Source: Eledone cirrhosa | Taxonomy: Eukaryota | Reading direction: 5' to 3' | DNA length: 64,000 nt | Assembly: GCA_964016885.1 (NCBI GenBank) | Contig: OZ024740.1 | Span: 15,872,001-15,936,000, forward strand | Shown: piece after piece, positions 24,505 through 39,500 of the stretch | Numbering within the stretch: position 1 is the stretch's first letter | How the letters are laid out: every line of letters begins with the position of its first letter | The notes under the pieces: generated by a model | Seen by the model: only the letters and a program-made list of their open reading frames with translations | Told to the model about the DNA's origin: nothing | Databases searched by the model: none | Made by a program: the position numbers and the translations under genes

Positions 24505-27500
24505 CTCTCAGGAGAGCTGGACAGCAGAAGGTCTTCAGAGAAGAAACTCTCAGGAGAGCTAGACAGCAGAAGATCTTCAAAGAAGAAACTCTCAGGAGAG
24601 CGAGACAGCAGGTCTTCAGAGAAGAAACTCTCAGGAGAGCTGGACAGCAGAAGGTCTTCAGAGAAGAAACTCTCAGGAGAGCTGGACAGCAGAAGGTCTT
24701 CAGAGGAGAAACTCTCAGGAGAGCTAGACAGCAGAAAGTCTTCAGAGAAGAAACTCTCAGGAGAACTAGACAGCATAAGGTTTTCAGAGAAGAAACTCTC
24801 AGGAGAGTTGGACAGCAGAAGGTCTTGAGAGAACAAACTCTCGGGAGAGCTGGACAGCAGAAGGTCTTCAGAGATAAACTCTCGGGAGAGCTGGACAGCA
24901 GGAGGTCTTCAGAGAAGAAACTCTCGGGAGAGCTGGACAGCAGAAGGTCTTCAGAGAAGAAACTGTCAGGAGAGCTGGACAGTAGGTCTTCAGAGAAGAA
25001 ACTCTCGGGAGTGCTGGACAGCAGAAGGTCTTTAGAGAAGAAACTCTCAGGAGAGCTAGACAGCAGAAGGTCTTCAGAGAAGAAACTGTCAGGAGAGCTG
25101 AACAGCAGAAGGTCTTCAGAGAAGAAACTGTCAGGAGAGCTAGACAGCAGAAGGTCTTTAGAAGAAACTCTCAGGAGAGATAGACAGCAGAAGGTCTTCA
25201 GAGAAGAAACTCTCAGGAGAGCTGGACAGCAGAAGGTCTTAACAGAAGAAACTCTCAGGAGAGCTGGAGAGCAGAAGGTCTTCAGAGAAGAAACTCTCAG
25301 GAGAGCTAGACAGCAGAAGGTCTTCAGAGAAGAAACTCTCAGGAGAGTTGGACAGCAGAAGGTCTACAGAGAACAAACTCACAGGAGAGCTGGACAGCAG
25401 AAGGTCTTCAGAGATAAACTCTCGGGAGAGCTGGACAGCAGAAGGTCTTCAGAGAAGAAACTCTCGGGAGAGCTGGACAGCAGAAGGTCTTCAGAGAAGA
25501 AACTGTCAGGAGAGCTGGACAGTAGATCTTCAGAGAAGAAACTCTCGGGAGTGCTGGACAGCAGAAGGTCTTTAGAGAAGAAACTCTCAGAAGAGCTAGA
25601 CAGCAGAAAATGTTAAGAGAAGAAACTGTCAGGAGAGCTGGACAGCAGAAGGTCTTCAGAGAAGAAACTCTCAGGAGAGCTAGACAGCAGAAGGTCTTCA
25701 GAGAAGAAACTCTCAGGAGAGCTGGACAGCAGAAGGTCTTCAGAGAAGAAACTCTCAGGAGAGCTAGACAGCAGAAGGTCTTCAGAGAAGAAACTGTCAG
25801 GAGAGCTGGACAGCAGAAGGTCTTCAGAGAAGAAACTGTCAGGAGAGCTAGACAGCAGAAGGTCTTTAGAAGAAACTCTCAGGAGAGCTAGACAGCAGAA
25901 GGTCTTCAGAGAAGAAACTCTCAGGAGAGCTGGACAGCAGAAGGTCTTCAGAGAAGAAACTCTCGGGAGAGCTGGACAGCAGAAGGTCTTCAGAGAAGAA
26001 ACTGTCAGGAGAGCTGGACAGTAGGTCTTCAGAGAAGAAACTCTCGGGAGTGCTGGACAGCAGAAGGTCTTTAGAGAAGAAACTCTCAGGAGAGCTAGAC
26101 AGCAGAAGGTCTTCAGAGAAGAAACTGTCAGGAGAGCTGAACAGCAGAAGGTCTTCAGAGAAGAAACTGTCAGGAGAGCTAGACAGCAGAAGGTCTTTAG
26201 AAGAAACTCTCAGGAGAGATAGACAGCAGAAGGTCTTCAGAGAAGAAACTCTCAGGAGAGCTGGACAGCAGAAGGTCTTAACAGAAGAAACTCTCAGGAG
26301 AGCTGGAGAGCAGAAGGTCTTCAGAGAAGAAACTCTCAGGAGAGCTAGACAGCAGAAGGTCTTCAGAGAAGAAACTCTCAGGAGAGTTGGACAGCAGAAG
26401 GTCTACAGAGAACAAACTCACAGGAGAGCTGGACAGCAGAAGGTCTTCAGAGATAAACTCTCGGGAGAGCTGGACAGCAGAAGGTCTTCAGAGAAGAAAC
26501 TCTCGGGAGAGCTGGACAGCAGAAGGTCTTCAGAGAAGAAACTGTCAGGAGAGCTGGACAGTAGATCTTCAGAGAAGAAACTCTCGGGAGTGCTGGACAG
26601 CAGAAGGTCTTTAGAGAAGAAACTCTCAGAAGAGCTAGACAGCAGAAAATGTTAAGAGAAGAAACTGTCAGGAGAGCTGGACAGCAGAAGGTCTTCAGAG
26701 AAGAAACTCTCAGGAGAGCTAGACAGCAGAAGGTCTTCAGAGAAGAAACTCTCAGGAGAGCTGGACAGCAGAAGGTCTTCAGAGAAGAAACTCTCAGGAG
26801 AGCTAGACAGCAGAAGGTCTTCAGAGAAGAAACTGTCAGGAGAGCTGGACAGCAGAAGGTCTTTAGAAGAAACTCTCAGGAGAGCTAGACAGCAGAAGGT
26901 CTTCAGAGAAGAAACTCTCAGGAGAGCTGGACAGCAGAAGGTCTTAACAGAAGAAACTCTCAGGAGAGCTGGACAGCAAAATGTCTTCAGAGAAGAAACT
27001 CTCTGGAGAGCTGGACAGCAGAAGGTCTTCAGAGAAGAAACTCTCAGGAGGGCTAGACAGCAGAAGGTCTTCAGGGAAGAAACTCTCAGGAGAGTTGGAC
27101 AGCAGAAGGTCTTCAGAGAAGAAACTCACGGGAGAGCTGGACAGCAGAAGGTCTTCAGAGATAAAGTCTCGGGAGAGCTGGACATCAGAAGGTCTTCAGA
27201 GAAGAAACTCTCGGGAGAGCTGGACAGCAGAAGGTCTTCAGAGAAGAAACTGTCAGGAGAGCTGGACAGTAGGTCTTCAGAGAAGAAACTCTTGGGAGTG
27301 CTGGACAGCAGAAGGTCTTTAGAGAAGAAACTCTCAGGAGAGCTAGACAGCAGGTCTTCAGAGAAGAAACTCTCAGGAGAGCTGGACAGCAGAAGGTCTT
27401 CAGAGAAGAAACTCTCGGGAGAGCTGGACAGCAGAAGGTCTTCAGAGAAGAAACTCTCAGGAGAGCTAGACAGCAGAAGGTCTTCAGAGAAGAAACTCTC

Positions 27501-30500
27501 AGGAGAGCTAGACAGCAGAAGGTCTTCAGAGAAGAAACTCTCAGGAGAGCTAGACAGCAGAGGGTCTTCAGAGAAGAAACTCTCGGGAGAGCTGGACAGC
27601 AGATGGTCTTCAGCGAAGAAACTCTCAGAAGAGTTGGACAGCAGAAGGTCTTCAGAGAAGAAACTCTCAGGAGAGCTAGACAGCAGAAGGTCTTCAGAGA
27701 AGAAACTCTCAGGAGAGTTGGACAGCAGAAGGTCTGCAGAGAAGAAACTCTCAGGAGAGCTGGACAGCAGAAGGTCTTCAGAGAAGAAACTCTCGGGAGA
27801 GCTGGACAGCAGAAGGTCTTCAGAAAAGAAACTCTCAGGAGAGCTAGACAGCAGAAGGTCTGCAGAGAAGAAACTCTCAGAAGAGCTAGACAGCAGGTCT
27901 TCAGAGAACAAACTCACGGGAGAGCTGGACAGCAGAAGGTCTTCAGAGATAAACTCTCGGGAGAGCTGGACATCAGAAGGTCTTCAGAGAAGAAATTCTC
28001 AGGAGAGCTAGACAGCAGAAGGTCTTCAGAGAATAAACTGTCAGGAGAGTTGGACAGCAGAAGGTCTTCAGAAAAGAAACTCTCAGGAGAGCTAGACAGC
28101 AGAAGGTCTTCAGAGAAGAAACTCTCAGGAGAGTTGGACAGCAGAAGGTCTGCAGAGAAGAAACTCTCAGGAGAGCTAGACAGCAGAAGGTCTTCAGAGA
28201 AGAAACTCTCAGGATAGCTGGACAGTAGAAGGTCTTCAGAGAAGAAACTCTCGGGAGAGCTGGACAGCAGAAGGTCTTCAGAGAAGAAACTGTCAGGAGA
28301 GCTGGACAGTAGATCTTCAGAGAAGAAACTCTCGGGAGTGCTGAACAGCAGAAGGTCTTTAGAGAAGAAATTCTCAGGAGAGCTAGACAGCAGAAGGTCT
28401 TCAGAGAATAAACTGTCAGGAGAGTTGGACAGCAGAAGGTCTTCAGAAAAGAAACTCTCAGGAGAGCTAGACAGCAGAAGGTCTTCAGAGAAGAAACTCT
28501 CAGGAGAGTTGGACAGCAGAAGGTCTGCAGAGAAGAAACTCTCAGGAGAGCTAGACAGCAGAAGGTCTTCAGAGAAGAAACTCTCAGGATAGCTGGACAG
28601 TAGAAGGTCTTCAGAGAAGAAACTCTCGGGAGAGCTAGACAGCAGAAGGTCTTCAGAGAAGAAACTCTCAGGAGAGCTGGACAGCAGAAGGTCTTCAGAG
28701 AAGAAACTCTCAGGAGAGCTAGATAGCAGAAGGTCTTCAGAGAAGAAACTCTCAGGAGAGCTGGACAGCAGAAGGTCTTCAGAGAAGAAACTCTCAGGAG
28801 AGCTAGACAGCAGAAGGTCTTCAGAGAAGAAACTGTCAGGAGAGCTGGACAGCAGAAGGTCTTCAGAGAAGAAACTGTCAGGAGAGCTAGACAGCAGAAG
28901 GTCTTTAGAAGAAACTCTCAGGAGAGCTAGACAGCAGAAGGTCTTCAGGGAAGAAACTCTCAGGAGAGCTGGACAGCAGAAGGTCTTAACAGAAGAAACT
29001 CTCAGGAGAGCTGGACAGCAAAATGTCTTCAGAGAAGAAACTCTCTGGAGAGCTGGACAGCAGAAGGTCTTCAGAGAAGAAACTCTCAGGAGGGCTAGAC
29101 AGCAGAAGGTCTTCAGGGAAGAAACTCTCAGGAGAGTTGGACAGCAGAAGGTCTTCAGAGAACAAACTCACGGGAGAGCTGGACAGCAGAAGGTCTTCAG
29201 AGATAAAGTCTCGGGAGAGCTGGACATCAGAAGGTCTTCAGAGAAGAAACTCTCGGGAGAGCTGGACAGCAGAAGGTCTTCAGAGAAGAAACTGTCAGGA
29301 GAGCTGGACAGTAGGTCTTCAGAGAAGAAACTCTTGGGAGTGCTGGACAGCAGAAGGTCTTTAGAGAAGAAACTCTCAGGAGAGCTAGACAGCAGGTCTT
29401 CAGAGAAGAAACTCTCAGGAGAGCTGGACAGCAGAAGGTCTTCAGAGAAGAAACTCTCGGGAGAGCTGGACAGCAGAAGGTCTTCAGAGAAGAAACTCTC
29501 AGGAGAGCTAGACAGCAGAAGGTCTTCAGAGAAGAAACTCTCAGGAGAGCTAGACAGCAGAAGGTCTTCAGAGAAGAAACTCTCAGGAGAGCTAGACAGC
29601 AGAGGGTCTTCAGAGAAGAAACTCTCGGGAGAGCTGGACAGCAGATGGTCTTCAGCGAAGAAACTCTCAGAAGAGTTGGACAGCAGAAGGTCTTCAGAGA
29701 AGAAACTCTCAGGAGAGCTAGACAGCAGAAGGTCTTCAGAGAAGAAACTCTCAGGAGAGTTGGACAGCAGAAGGTCTGCAGAGAAGAAACTCTCAGGAGA
29801 GCTGGACAGCAGAAGGTCTTCAGAGAAGAAACTCTCGGGAGAGCTGGACAGCAGAAGGTCTTCAGAAAAGAAACTCTCAGGAGAGCTAGACAGCAGAAGG
29901 TCTGCAGAGAAGAAACTCTCAGAAGAGCTAGACAGCAGGTCTTCAGAGAAGAAACTCTCGGGAGAGCTGGACAGCAGAAGGTCTTCAGAGAAGAAACTCT
30001 CAGAAGAGCTAGACAGCAGAAAATGTTCAGAGAAGAAACTGTCAGGAGAGCTGGACAGCAGAAGGTCTTCAGAGAAGAAACTCTCAGGAGAGCTAGACAG
30101 CAGGTCTTCAGAGAAGAAACTCTCAGGAGAGCTGGACAGCAGAAGGTCTTCAGAGAAGAAACTCTCGGGAGTGCTGGACAGCAGAAGGTCTTCAAAGAAG
30201 AAATTTTCAGGAGAGCTAGACAGCAGAAGGTCTTCAGAGAAGAAACTCCCAGGAGAGCTAAACAGCAGAAGGTCTTCAGAGAAAAAACTCTCAGGAGAGC
30301 TAGACAGCAGAGGGTCTTCAGAGAAGAAACTTTCAGGAGAGCTGGAAAGCAGAAGGTCTTCAGCGAAGAAACTCTCAGAAGAGTTGGACAGCAGAAGGTC
30401 TTTAGAGAAGAAACTCTCAGGAGAGCTAGACAGCAGAAGGTCTTCAGAGAAGAAACTCTCAGAAGAGCTAGACAGCAGGTCTTCAGAGAAGAAACTCTCG

Positions 30501-33500
30501 GGAGAGCTGGACAGCAGAAGGTCTTCAGAGAAGAAACTCTCGGGAGAGCTGGACAGCATAAGGTCTTCAGAAAAGAAACTCTCAGGAGAGCTAGACAGCA
30601 GAAGGTCTTCAGAGAAGAAACTCTCAGGAGAGCTAGACAGCAGAAGGTCTTCAGAGAAGAAACTGTCAGGAGAGCTGGACAGCAGAAGGTCTTCAGAGAA
30701 GAAACTGTCAGGAGAGCTAGACAGCAGAAGGTCTTTAGAAGAAACTCTCAGGAGAGCTAGACAGCAGCAGGTCTTCAGAGAAGAAACTCTCAGGAGAGCT
30801 GGACAGCAGAAGGTCTTAACAGAAGAAACTCTCAGGAGAGCTGGACAGCAAAATGTCTTCAGAGAAGAAACTCTCAGGAGAGCTGGACAGCAGAAGGTCT
30901 TCAGAGAAGAAATTCTCAGGAGAGCTAGACAGCAGAAGGTCTTCAGAGAATAAACTGTCAGGAGAGTTGGACAGCAGAAGGTCTTCAGAGAACAAACTCA
31001 CGGGAGAGCTGGACAGCAGAAGGTCTTCAGAGATAAACTCTCGGGAGAGCTGGACATCAGAAGGTCTTCAGAGAAGAAATTCTCAGGAGAGCTAGACAGC
31101 AGAAGGTCTTCAGAGAATAAACTGTCAGGAGAGTTGGACAGCAGAAGCTCTTCAGAAAAGAAACTCTCAGGAGAGCTAGACAGCAGAAGGTCTTCAGAGA
31201 AGAAACTCTCAGGAGAGTTGGATAGCAGAAGGTCTGCAGAGAAGAAACTCTCAGGAGAGCTAGACAGCAGAAGGTCTTCAGAGAAGAAACTCTCAGGATA
31301 GCTGGACAGTAGAAGGTCTTCAGAGAAGAAACTCTCGGGAGAGCTGGACAGCTGAAGGTCTTCAGAGAAGAAACTCTCAGGAGAGCTAGACAGCAGAAGG
31401 TCTTCAGAGAAGAAACTCTCAGGAGAGCTAGACAGCAGAGGGTCTTCAGAGAAGAAACTCTCGGGAGAGCTGAACAGCAGATGGTCTTCAGCGAAGAAAC
31501 TCTCAGGAGAGCTAGACAGCAGAAGGTCTTCAGAGAAGAAACTCTCAGGAGAGCTAGACAGCAGAGGGTCTTCAGAGAAGAAACTCTCGGGAGAGCTGGA
31601 CAGCAGATGGTCTTCAGCGAAGAAACTCTCAGAAGAGTTGGACAGCAGAAGGTCTTCAGAGAAGGAACTCTCAGGAGAGCTAGACAGCAGAAGGTCTTCA
31701 GAGAAGAAACTCTCAGAAGAGCTAGACAGCAGGTCTTCAGGGAAGAAACTCTCAGGAGAGCTGGACAGCAGAAGGTCTTCAGAGAAGAAACTCTCAGAAG
31801 AGCTAGACAGCAGGTCTTCAGGGAAGAAACTCTCAGGAGAGCTGGACAGCAGAAGGTCTTCAGAGAAGAAACTCTCGGGAGAGCTAGACAGCAGGTCTTC
31901 AGAGAAGAAACTCTCAGGAGAGCTGGACAGCAGAAGGTCTTCAGAGAAGAAACTCTCAGGAGAGCTAGACAGCAGGTCTTCAGAGAAGAAACTCTCAGGA
32001 GAGCTGGACAGCAGAAGGTCTTCAGAGAAGAAACTCTCGGGAGAGCTGGACAGCAGAAGGTCTTCAGAGAAGAAACTCTCAGGAGAGCTAGACAGCAGAA
32101 GGTCTTCAGAGAAGAAACTCTCAGGAGAGCTAGACAGCAGAAGGTCTTCAGAGAAGAAACTCTCAGGAGAGCTAGACAGCAGAGGGTCTTCAGAGAAGAA
32201 ACTCTCGGGAGAGCTGGACAGCAGATGGTCTTCAGCGAAGAAACTCTCAGAAGAGTTGGACAGCAGAAGGTCTTCAGAGAAGAAACTCTCAGGAGAGCTA
32301 GACAGCAGAAGGTCTTCAGAGAAGAAACTCTCAGGAGAGTTGGACAGCAGAAGGTCTGCAGAGAAGAAACTCTCAGGAGAGCTGGACAGCAGAAGGTCTT
32401 CAGAGAAGAAACTCTCGGGAGAGCTGGACAGCAGAAGGTTTTCAGAAAAGAAACTCTCAGGAGAGCTAGACAGCAGAAGGTCTGCAGAGAAGAAACTCTC
32501 AGAAGAGCTAGACAGCAGGTCTTCAGAGAAGAAACTCTCGGGAGAGCTGGACAGCAGAAGGTCTTCAGAGAAGAAACTCTCAGAAGAGCTAGACAGCAGA
32601 AAATGTTCAGAGAAGAAACTGTCAGGAGAGCTGGACAGCAGAAGGTCTTCAGAGAAGAAACTCTCAGGAGAGTGGGACAGCAGAAGGTCTTCAGAAAAGA
32701 AACTCTCAGGAGAGGTAGACAGCAAAAGGTCTTCAGAGAAGAAACTCTCAGGAGAGTTGGACAGCAGAAGGTCTGCAGAGAAGAAACTCTCAGGAGAGCT
32801 AGACAGCAGAAGGTCTTCAGAGAAGAAACTCTCAGGATAGCTGGACAGTAGAAGGTCTTCAGAGAAGAAACTCTCGGGAGAGCTGGACAGCAGAAGGTCT
32901 TCAGAGAAGAAACTGTCAGGAGAGCTGGACAGTAGATCTTCAGAGAAGAAACTCTCGGGAGTGCTGAACAGCAGAAGGTCTTTAGAGAAGAAACTCTCAG
33001 AAGAGCTAGACAGCAGAAAATGTTAAGAGAAGAAACTGTCAGGAGAGCTGGACAGCAGAAGGTCTTCAGAGAAGAAACTCTCAGGAGAGCTAGACAGCAG
33101 AAGGTCTTCAGAGAAGAAACTCTCAGGAGAGCTGGACAGCAGAAGGTCTTCAGAGAAGAAACTCTCAGGAGAGCTAGACAGCAGAAGGTCTTCAGAGAAG
33201 AAACTGTCAGGAGAGCTGGACAGCAGAAGGTCTTCAGAGAAGAAACTGTCAGGAGAGCTAGACAGCAGAAGGTCTTTAGAAGAAACTCTCAGGAGAGCTA
33301 GACAGCAGAAGGTCTTCAGGGAAGAAACTCTCAGGAGAGCTGGACAGCAGAAGGTCTTAACAGAAGAAACTCTCAGGAGAGCTGGACAGCAAAATGTCTT
33401 CAGAGAAGAAACTCTCTGGAGAGCTGGACAGCAGAAGGTCTTCAGAGAAGAAACTCTCAGGAGGGCTAGACAGCAGAAGGTCTTCAGGGAAGAAACTCTC

Positions 33501-36500
33501 AGGAGAGTTGGACAGCAGAAGGTCTTCAGAGAACAAACTCACGGGAGAGCTGGACAGCAGAAGGTCTTCAGAGATAAAGTCTCGGGAGAGCTGGACATCA
33601 GAAGGTCTTCAGAGAAGAAACTCTCGGGAGAGCTGGACAGCAGAAGGTCTTCAGAGAAGAAACTGTCAGGAGAGCTGGACAGTAGGTCTTCAGAGAAGAA
33701 ACTCTTGGGAGTGCTGGACAGCAGAAGGTCTTTAGAGAAGAAACTCTCAGGAGAGCTAGACAGCAGGTCTTCAGAGAAGAAACTCTCAGGAGAGCTGGAC
33801 AGCAGAAGGTCTTCAGAGAAGAAACTCTCAGGAGAGCTAGACAGCAGGTCTTCAGAGAAGAAACTCTCAGGAGAGCTGGACAGCAGAAGGTCTTCAGAGA
33901 AGAAACTCTCGGGAGAGCTGGACAGCAGAAGGTCTTCAGAGAAGAAACTCTCAGGAGAGCTAGACAGCAGAAGGTCTTCAGAGAAGAAACTCTCAGGAGA
34001 GCTAGACAGCAGAAGGTCTTCAGAGAAGAAACTCTCAGGAGAGCTAGACAGCAGAGGGTCTTCAGAGAAGAAACTCTCGGGAGAGCTGGACAGCAGATGG
34101 TCTTCAGCGAAGAAACTCTCAGAAGAGTTGGACAGCAGAAGGTCTTCAGAGAAGAAACTCTCAGGAGAGCTAGACAGCAGAAGGTCTTCAGAGAAGAAAC
34201 TCTCAGGAGAGTTGGACAGCAGAAGGTCTGCAGAGAAGAAACTCTCAGGAGAGCTGGACAGCAGAAGGTCTTCAGAGAAGAAACTCTCGGGAGAGCTGGA
34301 CAGCAGAAGGTCTTCAGAAAAGAAACTCTCAGGAGAGCTAGACAGCAGAAGGTCTGCAGAGAAGAAACTCTCAGAAGAGCTAGACAGCAGGTCTTCAGAG
34401 AAGAAACTCTCGGGAGAGCTGGACAGCAGAAGGTCTTCAGAGAAGAAACTCTCAGAAGAGCTAGACAGCAGAAAATGTTCAGAGAAGAAACTGTCAGGAG
34501 AGCTGGACAGCAGAAGGTCTTCAGAGAAGAAACTCTCAGGAGAGCTAGACAGCAGGTCTTCAGAGAAGAAACTCTCAGGAGAGCTGGACAGCAGAAGGTC
34601 TTCAGAGAAGAAACTCTCGGGAGTGCTGGACAGCAGAAGGTCTTCAGAGAAGAAATTTTCAGGAGAGCTAGACAGCAGAAGGTCTTCAGAGAAGAAACTC
34701 CCAGGAGAGCTAAACAACAGAAGGTCTTCAGAGAAAAAACTCTCAGGAGAGCTAGACAGCAGAGGGTCTTCAGAGAAGAAACTTTCAGGAGAGCTGGACA
34801 GCAGAAGGTCTTCAGCGAAGAAACTCTCAGAAGAGTTGGACAGCAGAAGGTCTTTAGAGAAGAAACTCTCAGGAGAGCTAGACAGCAGAAGGTCTTCAGA
34901 GAAGAAACTCTCAGAAGAGCTAGACAGCAGGTCTTCAGAGAAGAAACTCTCGGGAGAGCTGGACAGCAGAAGGTCTTCAGAGAAGAAACTCTCGGGAGAG
35001 CTGGACAGCATAAGGTTTTCAGAAAAGAAACTCTCAGGAGAGCTAGACAGCAGAAGGTCTTCAGAGAAGAAACTCTCAGGAGAGCTAGACAGCAGAAGGT
35101 CTTCAGAGAAGAAACTGTCAGGAGAGCTGGACAGCAGAAGGTCTTCAGAGAAGAAACTGTCAGGAGAGCTAGACAGCAGAAGGTCTTTAGAAGAAACTCT
35201 CAGGAGAGCTAGACAGCAGCAGGTCTTCAGAGAAGAAACTCTCAGGAGAGCTGGACAGCAGAAGGTCTTAACAGAAGAAACTCTCAGGAGAGCTGGACAG
35301 CAAAATGTCTTCAGAGAAGAAACTCTCAGGAGAGCTGGACAGCAGAAGGTCTTCAGAGAAGAAATTCTCAGGAGAGCTAGACAGCAGAAGGTCTTCAGAG
35401 AATAAACTGTCAGGAGAGTTGGACAGCAGAAGGTCTTCAGAGAACAAACTCACGGGAGAGCTGGACAGCAGAAGGTCTTCAGAGATAAACTCTCGGGAGA
35501 GCTGGACATCAGAAGGTCTTCAGAGAAGAAATTCTCAGGAGAGCTAGACAGCAGAAGGTCTTCAGAGAATAAACTGTCAGGAGAGTTGGACAGCAGAAGG
35601 TCTTCAGAAAAGAAACTCTCAGGAGAGCTAGACAGCAGAAGGTCTTCAGAGAAGAAACTCTCAGGAGAGTTGGATAGCAGAAGGTCTGCAGAAAAGAAAC
35701 TCTCAGGAGAGCTAGACAGCAGAAGGTCTTCAGAGAAGAAACTCTCAGGATAGCTGGACAGTAGAAGGTCTTCAGAGAAGAAACTCTCGGGAGAGCTGGA
35801 CAGCAGAAGGTCTTCAGAGAAGAAACTCTCAGGAGAGCTAGACAGCAGAAGGTCTTCAGAGAAGAAACTCTCAGGAGAGCTAGACAGCAGAGGGTCTTCA
35901 GAGAAGAAACTCTCGGGAGAGCTGAACAGCAGATGGTCTTCAGCGAAGAAACTCTCAGGAGAGCTAGACAGCAGAAGGTCTGCAGAGAAGAAACTCTCAG
36001 AAGAGCTAGACAGCAGGTCTTCAGAGAACAAACTCACGGGAGAGCTGGACAGCAGAAGGTCTTCAGAGATAAACTCTCGGGAGAGCTGGACATCAGAAGG
36101 TCTTCAGAGAAGAAATTCTCAGGAGAGCTAGACAGCAGAAGGTCTTCAGAGAATAAACTGTCAGGAGAGTTGGACAGCAGAAGGTCTTCAGAAAAGAAAC
36201 TCTCAGGAGAGCTAGACAGCAGAAGGTCTTCAGAGAAGAAACTCTCAGGAGAGTTGGACAGCAGAAGGTCTGCAGAGAAGAAACTCTCAGGAGAGCTAGA
36301 CAGCAGAAGGTCTTCAGAGAAGAAACTCTCAGGATAGCTGGACAGTAGAAGGTCTTCAGAGAAGAAACTCTCGGGAGAGCTGGACAGCAGAAGGTCTTCA
36401 GAGAAGAAATTGTCAGGAGAGCTGGACAGTAGATCTTCAGAGAAGAAACTCTCGGGAGTGCTGAACAGCAGAAGGTCTTTAGAGAAGAAACTCTCAGAAG

Positions 36501-39500
36501 AGCTAGACAGCAGAAAATGTTAAGAGAAGAAACTGTCAGGAGAGCTGGACAGCAGAAGGTCTTCAGAGAAGAAACTCTCAGGAGAGCTAGATAGCAGAAG
36601 GTCTTCAGAGAAGAAACTCTCAGGAGAGCTGGACAGCAGAAGGTCTTCAGAGAAGAAACTCTCAGGAGAGCTAGACAGCAGAAGGTCTTCAGAGAAGAAA
36701 CTGTCAGGAGAGCTGGACAGCAGAAGGTCTTCAGAGAAGAAACTGTCAGGAGAGCTAGACAGCAGAAGGTCTTTAGAAGAAACTCTCAGGAGAGCTAGAC
36801 AGCAGAAGGTCTTCAGGGAAGAAACTCTCAGGAGAGCTGGACAGCAGAAGGTCTTAACAGAAGAAACTCTCAGGAGAGCTGGACAGCAAAATGTCTTCAG
36901 AGAAGAAACTCTCTGGAGAGCTGGACAGCAGAAGGTCTTCAGAGAAGAAACTCTCAGGAGGGCTAGACAGCAGAAGGTCTTCAGGGAAGAAACTCTCAGG
37001 AGAGTTGGACAGCAGAAGGTCTTCAGAGAACAAACTCACGGGAGAGCTGGACAGCAGAAGGTCTTCAGAGATAAAGTCTCGGGAGAGCTGGACATCAGAA
37101 GGTCTTCAGAGAAGAAACTCTCGGGAGAGCTGGACAGCAGAAGGTCTTCAGAGAAGAAACTGTCAGGAGAGCTGGACAGTAGGTCTTCAGAGAAGAAACT
37201 CTTGGGAGTGCTGGACAGCAGAAGGTCTTTAGAGAAGAAACTCTCAGGAGAGCTAGACAGCAGGTCTTCAGAGAAGAAACTCTCAGGAGAGCTGGACAGC
37301 AGAAGGTCTTCAGAGAAGAAACTCTCAGGAGAGCTAGACAGCAGGTCTTCAGAGAAGAAACTCTCAGGAGAGCTGGACAGCAGAAGGTCTTCAGAGAAGA
37401 AACTCTCGGGAGAGCTGGACAGCAGAAGGTCTTCAGAGAAGAAACTCTCAGGAGAGCTAGACAGCAGAAGGTCTTCAGAGAAGAAACTCTCAGGAGAGCT
37501 AGACAGCAGAAGGTCTTCAGAGAAGAAACTCTCAGGAGAGCTAGACAGCAGAGGGTCTTCAGAGAAGAAACTCTCGGGAGAGCTTGACAGCAGATGGTCT
37601 TCAGCGAAGAAACTCTCAGAAGAGTTGGACAGCAGAAGGTCTTCAGAGAAGAAACTCTCAGGAGAGCTAGACAGCAGAAGGTCTTCAGAGAAGAAACTCT
37701 CAGGAGAGTTGGACAGCAGAAGGTCTGCAGAGAAGAAACTCTCAGGAGAGCTGGACAGCAGAAGGTCTTCAGAGAAGAAACTCTCGGGAGAGCTGGACAG
37801 CAGAAGGTCTTCAGAAAAGAAACTCTCAGGAGAGCTAGACAGCAGAAGGTCTGCAGAGAAGAAACTCTCAGAAGAGCTAGACAGCAGGTCTTCAGAGAAG
37901 AAACTCTCGGGAGAGCTGGACAGCAGAAGGTCTTCAGAGAAGAAACTCTCAGAAGAGCTAGACAGCAGAAAATGTTCAGAGAAGAAACTGTCAGGAGAGC
38001 TGGACAGCAGAAGGTCTTCAGAGAAGAAACTCTCAGGAGAGCTAGACAGCAGGTCTTCAGAGAAGAAACTCTCAGGAGAGCTGGACAGCAGAAGGTCTTC
38101 AGAGAAGAAACTCTCGGGAGTGCTGGACAGCAGAAGGTCTTCAGAGAAGAAATTTTCAGGAGAGCTAGACAGCAGAAGGTCTTCAGAGAAGAAACTCCCA
38201 GGAGAGCTAAACAGCAGAAGGTCTTCAGAGAAAAAACTCTCAGGAGAGCTAGACAGCAGAGGGTCTTCAGAGAAGAAACTTTCAGGAGAGCTGGAAAGCA
38301 GAAGGTCTTCAGCGAAGAAACTCTCAGAAGAGTTGGACAGCAGAAGGTCTTTAGAGAAGAAACTCTCAGGAGAGCTAGACAGCAGAAGGTCTTCAGAGAA
38401 GAAACTCTCAGAAGAGCTAGACAGCAGGTCTTCAGAGAAGAAACTCTCGGGAGAGCTGGACAGCAGAAGGTCTTCAGAGAAGAAACTCTCGGGAGAGCTG
38501 GACAGCATAAGGTCTTCAGAAAAGAAACTCTCAGGAGAGCTAGACAGCAGAAGGTCTTCAGAGAAGAAACTCTCAGGAGAGCTAGACAGCAGAAGGTCTT
38601 CAGAGAAGAAACTGTCAGGAGAGCTGGACAGCAGAAGGTCTTCAGAGAAGAAACTGTCAGGAGAGCTAGACAGCAGAAGGTCTTTAGAAGAAACTCTCAG
38701 GAGAGCTAGACAGCAGCAGGTCTTCAGAGAAGAAACTCTCAGGAGAGCTGGACAGCAGAAGGTCTTAACAGAAGAAACTCTCAGGAGAGCTGGACAGCAA
38801 AATGTCTTCAGAGAAGAAACTCTCAGGAGAGCTGGACAGCAGAAGGTCTTCAGAGAAGAAATTCTCAGGAGAGCTAGACAGCAGAAGGTCTTCAGAGAAT
38901 AAACTGTCAGGAGAGTTGGACAGCAGAAGGTCTTCAGAGAACAAACTCACGGGAGAGCTGGACAGCAGAAGGTCTTCAGAGATAAACTCTCGGGAGAGCT
39001 GGACATCAGAAGGTCTTCAGAGAAGAAATTCTCAGGAGAGCTAGACAGCAGAAGGTCTTCAGAGAATAAACTGTCAGGAGAGTTGGACAGCAGAAGGTCT
39101 TCAGAAAAGAAACTCTCAGGAGAGCTAGACAGCAGAAGGTCTTCAGAGAAGAAACTCTCAGGAGAGTTGGATAGCAGAAGGTCTGCAGAGAAGAAACTCT
39201 CAGGAGAGCTAGACAGCAGAAGGTCTTCAGAGAAGAAACTCTCAGGATAGCTGGACAGTAGAAGGTCTTCAGAGAAGAAACTCTCGGGAGAGCTGGACAG
39301 CAGAAGGTCTTCAGAGAAGAAACTCTCAGGAGAGCTAGACAGCAGAAGGTCTTCAGAGAAGAAACTCTCAGGAGAGCTAGACAGCAGAGGGTCTTCAGAG
39401 AAGAAACTCTCGGGAGAGCTGAACAGCAGATGGTCTTCAGCGAAGAAACTCTCAGGAGAGCTAGACAGCAGAAGGTCTTCAGAGAAGAAACTCTCAGGAG